This document shows positions 27,647 to 36,053 of a stretch of DNA of 64,000 bases, one piece after another. Both the position numbers and the translations under genes were made by a program. The DNA lies in NCBI GenBank assembly GCA_964527765.1, contig CAZGQR010000001.1, forward strand, positions 118,353-182,352, read 5' to 3'. How positions within the stretch are numbered: the first letter of the stretch is position 1; each line of letters starts with the position of its first letter. The DNA is from an uncultured Planctomycetia bacterium (GTDB taxonomy: Bacteria; Omnitrophota; Gorgyraeia; Tantalellales; Tantalellaceae). A model generated the notes under the pieces. It saw nothing but the letters and a program-made list of their open reading frames with translations. It was not told the origin of the DNA and made no database searches.

Positions 27647-29361
27647 ATCAATCCAAGTTCCCTGGCTTTCCTGAACACCCTGCCTGCCGTTTCGGCCGCA
27701 TAGTATCCGCCCTTGCCGCCGTATTCGTCAAAAACCACAACTGTTATCTTTGCGTCCTCAAACGGGGCGAACCCCGCAAACCAACCGTGGCTTCTGTATT
27801 TTGAGGTCTGGGCCGTTCCTGTTTTCCCCGCAACCGTAACGCATGCCTGTCTTGCCTTCATTCCCGTGCCCCTCGGGTCGTTCACGACCTTCCTCAACCC
27901 ATCCCTTACTATTTCCAGAGATCCCGGAGAGATGTTCAAGTCGGTTTTCTCTCTAATGTTCACCGGAACCCCTTCGACCTTGTCCACCACATAAGGTCTT
28001 ACAAGATAACCCCCATTTGCAAAAACGGATATCATCCGGGCTATCTGAAGCGGCGAACACAGAAGATACCCCTGCCCTATCGAATAGTTCACGGTATCTC
28101 CCCTGTACCATTTCTCATTAAACTGTTTTTCCTTCCAGCTGCGCGTCGGCAGCACACCCGGGCTCTCACCCGGAAGATCTATCCCCGTGAACTTGCCGAA
28201 ACCAAACTTGCCCGCGAATTTGGACATGCTGTCCGCGCCGAGAAGAAGCCCCAGATTGAAAAAATACACATTGCACGAGTTCTTTATGGCTTCTTTCAGC
28301 ATTTGCGCCCCGTGCCCGTTCTTCTTCCAGCAGTGAAACGTCGTCCGGCCCAAAGTAAGATACCCCGGACACTGAAAAGTCGTCCCGGGTGTCGCAACGC
28401 CTTCTTCCAGCGCACCTGTCGCCACTACGACCTTGAATGTCGAACCCGGAGGATATTCCCCGGCGATCGCTCTGTTGAACAGCGGATAATCCCTGTCCCT
28501 GAGAACACCGCCGATTTCTTCCGCTCTATCGCGGTCCACAAAAATAGCGGGGTCATAAGCGGGGGCATTGGCCATGGCCAGTATGGCTCCGCTTTCGGGA
28601 TCCATGGCCAGAATGGCCCCTTTTTTATCTTTCAAAAGTTCATCACAAAATTTCTGCAGTTCCAGATCTATGGTAAGGTGGATATCCCTGCCGGGGACCG
28701 GCTCACGGAACCCCAGTATTATGATCTCGCGTCCGCGGTGATCGACTTCAACCTGCCTGCCGCCGTGCGTTCCCCTCAGGTAATTATCATAATATTTTTC
28801 GACCCCGTCCCTGCCTACCAGGTCGTTCAACCTGTAGCCGTAATGCTTAAGCTTATCGAACTCGGAGCGGTTTATAAGCCCCAGGTACCCCAGGACATTG
28901 GACGCGGTCTTTCCGTGAACATATTCACGCTTGGCGGATACTTCAAGCCTGAGGCCCGGGTAATCCATCTCTACTTCTTCCAGGTAAACGGCTTTCTCTA
29001 TTCCGATGTCAGCGGCGATACATGTAGGCGAGTAAGGCTGTTCCCGGCTTTTCTTGATACCCGCCGCTATTTTCTGTTCCGGAACGTTCAGAACGGAACT
29101 CAGGACCTTTTTCAGGGGATCCATATCCTTTATCCGGCTGTACACGACGGCGGCGTTAAAACACAGGGCATCCTTTACCATGGCTTCTCCGTTCCGATCA
29201 AAAATACAGCCCCGGGGAGCCATCAAGGGAACGACCTTCAGCCTGTTCTCTTCTGACATGACCTTGTATCTTTCATGTCTGCCTATCTGGACATAGGCCA
29301 GACCTATCAGGAGCGTTACCGTGAAAAAAACAAATACCAGCGTAAATACTCTAATCCTCAT
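27643..29361 (-). CDS. mrdA: Penicillin-binding protein 2 (elongasome transpeptidase)
   Basis: 572 aa; PBP dimerisation domain plus transpeptidase (SxxK STFK, SxN, KTG motifs); follows mreD. Confidence 0.85.
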   Translation of the reverse strand: MRIRVFTLVFVFFTVTLLIGLAYVQIGRHERYKVMSEENRLKVVPLMAPRGCIFDRNGEAMVKDALCFNAAVVYSRIKDMDPLKKVLSSVLNVPEQKIAAGIKKSREQPYSPTCIAADIGIEKAVYLEEVEMDYPGLRLEVSAKREYVHGKTASNVLGYLGLINRSEFDKLKHYGYRLNDLVGRDGVEKYYDNYLRGTHGGRQVEVDHRGREIIILGFREPVPGRDIHLTIDLELQKFCDELLKDKKGAILAMDPESGAILAMANAPAYDPAIFVDRDRAEEIGGVLRDRDYPLFNRAIAGEYPPGSTFKVVVATGALEEGVATPGTTFQCPGYLTLGRTTFHCWKKNGHGAQMLKEAIKNSCNVYFFNLGLLLGADSMSKFAGKFGFGKFTGIDLPGESPGVLPTRSWKEKQFNEKWYRGDTVNYSIGQGYLLCSPLQIARMISVFANGGYLVRPYVVDKVEGVPVNIREKTDLNISPGSLEIVRDGLRKVVNDPRGTGMKARQACVTVAGKTGTAQTSKYRSHGWFAGFAPFEDAKITVVVFDEYGGKGGYYAAETAGRVFRKARELGLI

Positions 29362-29371
29362 TGTTTCTCAC

Positions 29372-29599
29372 GCAAGTAAAGGGCGGTCTTGGGGTGTTTC
29401 GCTGCGCAACCCTTTAGGGTTTGCTTGCGGAACTGCTGGAGCAGCATATCAAAGATGTCTCAGTTTCTACCAGAAGTTTGTAAACCTCTAAGAACCTTGA
29501 ATATTATTCAACGGTTATTTTTTCAAGTTCGGACGCATAGTGGTTGAAGTCCAGGTTTTCGTACAAGCTTCTGTACAAAAATCCCAAGACCGCCCTTGC
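29372..29599. repeat. About 228-bp intergenic element bounded by a 14- to 19-bp inverted repeat (aagggcggtcttggg / cccaagaccgccctt); candidate structured RNA or MITE
   Basis: Left arm 29379..29393 is the perfect reverse complement of 29585..29599. The interior has several local hairpins (gcaaccc/gggtttgc; ttcaac...gttgaa). Confidence 0.5.
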
Positions 29600-29629
29600 A
29601 TATCGACTAACTTTAAACCATAAACTGCT

Positions 29630-30115
29630 TCATTCCTCCAACCTTAACAATGTTTTAAGAAAAGCGAACGCGAACGGCGAAACAAGAACGGTTACTATAA
29701 CGGATCTCCAGCTGGACAGAAAGGCAAAAGATATTTTTACGTCGTTCCCGGCGGTAACGTTCAGGTAAAGGGTGTGGGCCGCTACCACGATAAGCGCCGC
29801 GATCACCGTTGTGAATACCTGCGCGGCGGGGTTCTGCCGGTAAAACATCCTGGTCAACCTCGCGGATATCGCTCCCACTGCGGGAAAAAGAAAAATGTCC
29901 AGCGGAAGCGTTCCGACCGAAAAGCATCCCCTGAGAAAACCGGCTGCAAGGCCGAACCCGGCTCCCTCGATCCCTCCGCGGAAAATAGCCGTAAAAATGA
30001 CCATTAGCAGGATAAGGTCAGGAAACCAGACAATACGCCTCATCAGGATTACTTGAACTCCGACTGAAACAATAAGCAAGCTATATAAATATACTCGCGT
30101 TCTCATTTGATGCAC
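29630..30115 (-). CDS. mreD: Rod shape-determining protein MreD
   Basis: 161 aa polytopic membrane protein immediately after mreC. Confidence 0.6.
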   Translation of the reverse strand: MHQMRTRVYLYSLLIVSVGVQVILMRRIVWFPDLILLMVIFTAIFRGGIEGAGFGLAAGFLRGCFSVGTLPLDIFLFPAVGAISARLTRMFYRQNPAAQVFTTVIAALIVVAAHTLYLNVTAGNDVKISFAFLSSWRSVIVTVLVSPFAFAFLKTLLRLEE

Positions 30116-30879
30116 AAAACTTCTTCCTGGCCAAAAGAATCAGCGGAGGTCTTGATCACCGCATATTGGAACAATCCGGTCTTGCTCTTGCCGACAGAGA
30201 CGATCCTGCCTATAGTTATGCCTTTGGGAAATATCCGACTGAGCCCCGAGGTGACGACAACGGCGCCTTCGGGCACTTTCGCGTCCACCGGAAGATACAG
30301 CATCCTGGCCGTGCCTTTCCCGGTCCCTACCACGATGCCGTTGATCCGCGTGTCTTCCAGCATGCCGCCGGCTTTAAAGCTGGGGTGTGTTATCAGCATC
30401 ACGGAACTGGTATTTTCCCCGGGCTCGACCACTTTTCCCAGCAGGCCCCCGGCAGAGCATACCGCCGAGTTTTTCCGCACGCCGTCCGCGGATCCCTTGT
30501 TTATGACAAATGACCCTATCCAGTCATTGGGGTTTCTTGCGATCACCTCGGCGGAAACCGTGTCAAACCCGATCCTCTCCTTGAATCTCAAAAGAGCGCG
30601 AAGGCGTTCATTTTCTTTTTGCGTTTCCTTGAACTGCTCCAGTTCCAGAGAAAGATCCCCTACCCTTTTATGCAGAAGACTGTTCTCCCTGGCAAGCTCG
30701 CGTTTGCTGCAGAAATACTGGCCGGTCCTGGAAAGAAGACCCGCCGGGATCGAGAATGCCCTGAGGGAAAAGTTTTTAATACAGGTAAAAAAGGACGGAC
30801 TAAAGAGAAGAAGGGATGTCAATGCAAGGACGCATGTAATGAATATCCACGTTCTTTTTTTGGCAAAGAGTTTAGACAC
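30103..30879 (-). CDS. mreC: Rod shape-determining protein MreC
   Basis: 258 aa; N-terminal TM, coiled coil, MreC beta-domain; follows mreB. Confidence 0.75.
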   Translation of the reverse strand: MSKLFAKKRTWIFITCVLALTSLLLFSPSFFTCIKNFSLRAFSIPAGLLSRTGQYFCSKRELARENSLLHKRVGDLSLELEQFKETQKENERLRALLRFKERIGFDTVSAEVIARNPNDWIGSFVINKGSADGVRKNSAVCSAGGLLGKVVEPGENTSSVMLITHPSFKAGGMLEDTRINGIVVGTGKGTARMLYLPVDAKVPEGAVVVTSGLSRIFPKGITIGRIVSVGKSKTGLFQYAVIKTSADSFGQEEVLCIK

Positions 30880-30895
30880 ATCGAAAAGCTACTGC

Positions 30896-31954
30896 TTATT
30901 TCTGTAGTTTGGGTGAGACCGTCAACCTTTTGAGGTACCTCAACTCGCTCAGCACTTTTCCCGTACCCAGCGCCACGGCCGTCAGGGGATCGTCCGCAAG
31001 ATGAACAGGCAGCCCGGTCTCCTCGGAAATAAGTTTATCCAAACCTCTCAGGAGGGATCCTCCGCCGGCAAGTATCAATCCTTTTTCTATCAGGTCCGCG
31101 GATAGCTCCGGGGGTGTCCTTTCCAGGGTGATCCTCACCGCCTCCACTATCTGGGCGATCGGTTCGGAAAGCGCTTCCCGGACTTCCTCGCTGGTTATGG
31201 AGATCATCTTGGGAAGACCCGCCACAAGATCACGCCCCCGAACATCCATCGTAAGTTCCTCTTCCATGGGAAAGCCGGAACCTATTCTTATCTTGATCTC
31301 TTCAGCGGTCCTCTCCCCGACCATAAGGTTATAGGTCCTTTTAAGATAGTTTATGATCGCTTCATCCATTTCGTCCCCGCCGATACGGATAGACTTGGAA
31401 AACACGACACCGGCCAGGGATATCACCGCCATCTCGGTAGTCCCGCCGCCGATATCTATTATCATGTTCCCCGAGGGTTCCTGTATCGGCAGGCCGACCC
31501 CGATCGAAGCGGCAACCGGTTCCTCCAGCATGAATACTTCTCTGGCGCCCGCGTGGAGGGCGGAATCCTTCACGGCGCGTTTTTCAACTTCAGTGATACC
31601 GGAAGGGATCGCTATAACAACGCGCGGACGGACCAGTCTGCGGGAATTGTGGACCTTCTTGATGAAATACCTCAACATGCTTTCAGTGATCTCAAAATCA
31701 GCGATGACCCCGTCCCGCATAGGCCTTATCGCGACAATATTCCCGGGGGTCCTTCCCAGCATGCGCTTGGCTTCCTCCCCTACGGCCAGGACATTCGAAG
31801 TTCCTGCTTCTATGGCCACGACCGAAGGTTCACATAGAACGATACCTTCGTTTTTCAGATATACAAGCGTGGAGGCAGTCCCCAGGTCTATTCCCATGTC
31901 ACTGGAAAACATCCCAAGCAGACTGTCAAAGGTTCTGGCTAATTGATTTTTCAT
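30896..31954 (-). CDS. mreB: Rod shape-determining actin homolog MreB
   Basis: 352 aa; [12 protein letters not shown] phosphate-1 motif, strongly MreB-like throughout. Confidence 0.9.
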   Translation of the reverse strand: MKNQLARTFDSLLGMFSSDMGIDLGTASTLVYLKNEGIVLCEPSVVAIEAGTSNVLAVGEEAKRMLGRTPGNIVAIRPMRDGVIADFEITESMLRYFIKKVHNSRRLVRPRVVIAIPSGITEVEKRAVKDSALHAGAREVFMLEEPVAASIGVGLPIQEPSGNMIIDIGGGTTEMAVISLAGVVFSKSIRIGGDEMDEAIINYLKRTYNLMVGERTAEEIKIRIGSGFPMEEELTMDVRGRDLVAGLPKMISITSEEVREALSEPIAQIVEAVRITLERTPPELSADLIEKGLILAGGGSLLRGLDKLISEETGLPVHLADDPLTAVALGTGKVLSELRYLKRLTVSPKLQK

Positions 31955-32196
31955 TATAAGAAAGGTAACTGCTTGTTCAGATAGCTATATGTTATTTTGC
32001 TTATACCCCGGCTGCCTTTATCGGCATGCGCAAAAGCATACAAATATTAACAAATAATAATATATTTGTCAAATCTTTTTTAGCCGTTCTCCGTATCTGA
32101 CTAAAACCTTTGCGAGCACTTCATTTATGTATTTTGAGTTTATACCAAAAATGCTTAACCGGGCAAAATGGCGGAGTTGAAAAATCAATACCGTTC

Positions 32197-33510
32197 TTAC
32201 TGCCCTGCAACTTCGTACAGATCATCAAGAAAGCCCGGATATGAAGTATCCACGCAAGCCGTATCCCTGACGATACAGTCCCCGTCGGAAACCAGGGCTG
32301 CTATCGCCATGCTCATGGCGGTCCGGTGGTCCCCAAAACTGTCCAGCCGCGCCGCGCTCGTCCTGCCGGCTTTTCCCTCGATGATCAGGGAGCCGTTTTC
32401 GGCTTCTACGCGGACGCCCATCCGGCTAAGATTCTCTTTGATGCTCATCACCCTGTCGGTTTCCTTGACCTTCAGCTCCTTTACCCCCTTGATCACTGTT
32501 GTCCCCTCCGCAGCGGCAGCCGCCGCCGCAATGACAGGGACTTCGTCTATCAAAAGCGGTATCTCCCGCTGTTCCACTACCGTGCTTTTTAATTCTGAAT
32601 GCCTTACTTCCAGGTCACCGGCCGGCTCAAGATCATCCCGGCGGTCAAGTATCCGGATCGACCCGCCCATTCTCTCAAGAACTCCGATCACCCCGGCCCG
32701 GGTCGGATTAAGCCCGACATCACGTATAACAAGATGCGAGCCCTTGACAAGAAGCGCTGCGACCATAAAAAAAGCGGCGCTCGATATATCCCCCGGGACC
32801 TCCAGGTCTTTGGGCGCAAGCTCTTTCAACCCCGCGATCTCGGTCACAAGACCTTTTCTTCTGATATCCGCCGAAAAATATTCCAGCATGCGCTCGGTGT
32901 GGTCCCTCGACTGAAAAGGCTCGGTTACGGACGTCTTTCCTTCAGCGTATAAACCGGCTGCGAGCACGCATGATTTTACCTGCGCGCTGGCTACGGGCAT
33001 ACTGTAGTCTATGGGGTCCAGCGGACCTTTTCTGCCTTTTATCTTCAAAGGTGCGTGAGAGTCGCCTTCCACTGACTCGATCTCCGCTCCCATCAGCGAA
33101 AGCGGCTCCATGATACGGCGCATGGGACGCCGTGAAAGTGACTCGTCGCCGGTAAGAACGGTGGTAAAGCCCTGCCCGGCGAGCACTCCCGATATTATGC
33201 GCATGGTCGTCCCGGAATTCCCCAGGTAAAGCGCTTCACGCGGCTCGGTCAGCCCTTTCAGCCCCCTCCCCTGGATCGTAACCGTGCCGTTTTCGACGGC
33301 TATCTCCGCGCCCATGGCGCGGAATGCTTCAAGTGTCCGCATGCAATCCTCGCCAAAAAGAAAATTACGTGCGCGCAATTTTCCCGCGGATATCGATCCG
33401 AATATTATGGCCCTGTGTGAAATACTTTTGTCAGGGGGAACCCTTAGCTCGCCTTTTAATCCTCTGCTGGCTTTCTTTATCTTCCAATCCATATCATTCT
33501 CCTGCGTCAA
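32197..33510 (-). CDS. aroA: 3-phosphoshikimate 1-carboxyvinyltransferase (EPSP synthase)
   Basis: 437 aa; LRVPPDKSISHRA, LGNSGTTMR motifs. Confidence 0.9.
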   Translation of the reverse strand: MTQENDMDWKIKKASRGLKGELRVPPDKSISHRAIIFGSISAGKLRARNFLFGEDCMRTLEAFRAMGAEIAVENGTVTIQGRGLKGLTEPREALYLGNSGTTMRIISGVLAGQGFTTVLTGDESLSRRPMRRIMEPLSLMGAEIESVEGDSHAPLKIKGRKGPLDPIDYSMPVASAQVKSCVLAAGLYAEGKTSVTEPFQSRDHTERMLEYFSADIRRKGLVTEIAGLKELAPKDLEVPGDISSAAFFMVAALLVKGSHLVIRDVGLNPTRAGVIGVLERMGGSIRILDRRDDLEPAGDLEVRHSELKSTVVEQREIPLLIDEVPVIAAAAAAAEGTTVIKGVKELKVKETDRVMSIKENLSRMGVRVEAENGSLIIEGKAGRTSAARLDSFGDHRTAMSMAIAALVSDGDCIVRDTACVDTSYPGFLDDLYEVAGQ

Positions 33511-34415
33511 TCGATCCTGCCCTTTTCCACAATGACCTTCATGTCCTCCGGCATCGGAGAACTGAACTCCATGTACTTGCCTGTGTCCGGGTGTGTGAAC
33601 GCGAGCATTTCAGCGTGAAGCGCCTGCCGCACCGCTCCATGATCCCCGCCATATTTGACATCCCCAAGAACGGGGTGTCCGAGATGCTTCATGTGCACGC
33701 GTATCTGATGTGTCCGTCCTGTAGTTGGCTCCAAACGCAGCAAAGTGAAATTGCCGAACCTCCGGACAACATGATAAACCGTGCGGGCGTCTTTTCCTTT
33801 TGTATATTCGACATGCATTTTTTTGCGATCTAAAACATGTCTTGCCACGGGTGCTTCGATAATGCCGTTATCCATCTCAACGCGCCCCTTTACCAGCGCC
33901 ACATACCGTTTTTTAACGGTCCTGTTCTGGAACTGTTCCGCAAGCGATCGTAAGGCACGATCATTTTTAGCTACCACTATGACGCCTGAGGTGTCTTTGT
34001 CCAGCCGGTGCACGACACCGGGCCTTAGATCGCTGTCCGTATCAGGCAACTTGCCGCAGTGGTAGAGCAGCGCGTTTACAAGCGTCCCTTTTCTATTTCC
34101 CGCCCCGGGGTGAACGACCATGCCGGGCGGTTTATCCACCACTATAAGCCACTCATCCTCGTAAAGAATATTTAACGGGATGTCCTCCGGTTCTATGCCC
34201 GCATCTTCGGACGGGAAGAGCTCCAGAAAGATCTCATCCCCTTCACGCACTCCGTAATGCGGTTTCACTGCCTCGCCGTTGACGCGGACATGGCCGTTGT
34301 TCATGAGGAATTTTACATAAGTGCGCGAATAACCTTCGCCCAGTTTGACCGTCACGTACTTATCGATACGGGTCCCGACATCTTCGGGTCCGGCTGTGAA
34401 TTTACGTTCTTCCAT
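33507..34415 (-). CDS. rluD: 23S rRNA pseudouridine synthase, RluA/RluD family
   Basis: S4-like N-terminus, catalytic HRLDKDTSG motif. Confidence 0.8.
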   Translation of the reverse strand: MEERKFTAGPEDVGTRIDKYVTVKLGEGYSRTYVKFLMNNGHVRVNGEAVKPHYGVREGDEIFLELFPSEDAGIEPEDIPLNILYEDEWLIVVDKPPGMVVHPGAGNRKGTLVNALLYHCGKLPDTDSDLRPGVVHRLDKDTSGVIVVAKNDRALRSLAEQFQNRTVKKRYVALVKGRVEMDNGIIEAPVARHVLDRKKMHVEYTKGKDARTVYHVVRRFGNFTLLRLEPTTGRTHQIRVHMKHLGHPVLGDVKYGGDHGAVRQALHAEMLAFTHPDTGKYMEFSSPMPEDMKVIVEKGRID

Positions 34416-35163
34416 GTGCCCGCCTATGCTTGTCTATGCTCGACAGAACAACATAGATGACAATGGCGCAAAGGAGCATACCTATGCTTATGATCTGGGA
34501 AAGTCTCATGCCGGAAACAACTGCAAGGTTATCCCCTCTCAGGAAATCCATGAAAAACCTGAAAACAGAATACAGCGCCAGGTACATGGTGAAGACGTAT
34601 CCGTCAAAGGGGCGTTTTTGCCTGATCTCAATGAGGATCACAAAGATCGCGAGAAGGGCCAGGCTTGAATAAATTTGTGTCGGCACTCTCATGACCGCCT
34701 CCTGCGGGAACGTGACCCCTATCCCTTTCTCGATGACCCTGCCGTAACAACAACCGTTCAAAAAACATCCTATCCGCCCCACAGACTGTCCCAGGGCTAT
34801 ATACGGGGCTATCAGATCGCTGGTCCTCCAGAAGGGGATCTTCTTTATCCGAAATACCGCTGCCCCTGACAGCGTAGCCACTACCAGTCCCCCCTGGATA
34901 GCCATGCCCCCCTCGTAAAACATAAATATTTTCAGCGGATGATAAAAATAGTATTCCCAGTTGATGATAACGAACAGGCCCCTGCCCCCGATCAGCCCTC
35001 CTATCAAAATGGTTATGAGGCAATCAAAAATATTGTCTTTTGATATCCCGAATTTTTCGGAGTCCCTGAGTATGAGGAATGTGGAAAGCAAAAACCCGGC
35101 TGCCACGAACAGCCCGTAAGAATATAACGTGAAGGGACCTATCTGGAACAACACGCGATGCAT
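34402..35163 (-). CDS. lgt: Prolipoprotein diacylglyceryl transferase
   Basis: 253 aa polytopic protein; Lgt signature region (GGLIGGRG...); lgt-lspA-ileS neighbourhood. Confidence 0.85.
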   Translation of the reverse strand: MHRVLFQIGPFTLYSYGLFVAAGFLLSTFLILRDSEKFGISKDNIFDCLITILIGGLIGGRGLFVIINWEYYFYHPLKIFMFYEGGMAIQGGLVVATLSGAAVFRIKKIPFWRTSDLIAPYIALGQSVGRIGCFLNGCCYGRVIEKGIGVTFPQEAVMRVPTQIYSSLALLAIFVILIEIRQKRPFDGYVFTMYLALYSVFRFFMDFLRGDNLAVVSGMRLSQIISIGMLLCAIVIYVVLSSIDKHRRAHGRT

Positions 35164-35631
35164 CTAAGCCTCTTCTTTCCTGCCCCTGCCGGAATGCCTG
35201 ATCCCGGCAAGTATCGACAGCCCCAGCATGACCGCACCGACGGTGATAAAACTGTCCGCAAGATTGAACACCGGCCATATCCTGAAATCGATAAAATCTA
35301 TCACATAACCGCAGCGCACTCTGTCTATAAGGTTACCTAAGGTTCCGCCCAGTATAAAACAAAGAGCCACTTTTTCCGGAACGTTCATCCTCCAGGATCT
35401 TTGCACCAAAAAATAACCGATAAGAATTATCGCCAGGACCGCGATAACAACAAACAGGTAAGAATGCCTGTTGAACATCCCGAAGGCAGCACCTGTATTG
35501 TACACAAGCGTCACGTGAAAGATATCACTGATCACCGGGATGCTGGAACCTTGAAGGACGAATTTCTCGACACAGAATTTGGATAACTGGTCCAGAAAAC
35601 ATATAAGAACGACGACGATAAAATAGTACAA
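35164..35631 (-). CDS. lspA: Lipoprotein signal peptidase II
   Basis: 155 aa; LDQLSK, NTGAAFG and FNLAD motifs; ileS-lspA synteny. Confidence 0.85.
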   Translation of the reverse strand: MYYFIVVVLICFLDQLSKFCVEKFVLQGSSIPVISDIFHVTLVYNTGAAFGMFNRHSYLFVVIAVLAIILIGYFLVQRSWRMNVPEKVALCFILGGTLGNLIDRVRCGYVIDFIDFRIWPVFNLADSFITVGAVMLGLSILAGIRHSGRGRKEEA

Positions 35632-35633
35632 TA

Positions 35634-36053
35634 CTATCTACCTGCGGATTTTTCTTCTTTCTCCTGACATTCTATGCAATACTTTGCCTGCGGCATGGCC
35701 TTAAGGCGCTGCCTCGAGATGTACCCTTCGCAGCTGTCGCACTTGCCGTACGTACCCTCGTCAACGCGTTTTATCGCCTCATCCAGGGCGAACAGCCTTT
35801 CCCTTTCCCCCTGAGCCAGTTCCAGGGAAAACTCCCTGTCATAGAGGTCGGTCGCCATGTCCGCCATATGAAAAGAGTATCCGGAAAGGTCGCCGGAGGC
35901 GTCTTTAAAGCTTTTGTTCAGCCCTTCGCCCTTGAGCCTTATGAGCTCTTCGATGATCTTCGCCTTCTCCCCGATCAGCCTCTTTCTTACGGCCTGTAAT
36001 TCCTTTTTAGTGAAAGGCTTGTTCTTGCCCGAATTTTTCTTCCTGACCATCAT
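35634..36053 (-). CDS. DksA/TraR-family C4 zinc-finger protein
   Basis: C-terminal CDSCEGYISRQRLKAMPQAKYCIECQ zinc finger with coiled-coil N-terminus. Start at the ATGATG overlapping the ileS stop (ATGA-type coupling). Confidence 0.7.
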   Translation of the reverse strand: MMVRKKNSGKNKPFTKKELQAVRKRLIGEKAKIIEELIRLKGEGLNKSFKDASGDLSGYSFHMADMATDLYDREFSLELAQGERERLFALDEAIKRVDEGTYGKCDSCEGYISRQRLKAMPQAKYCIECQEKEEKSAGR

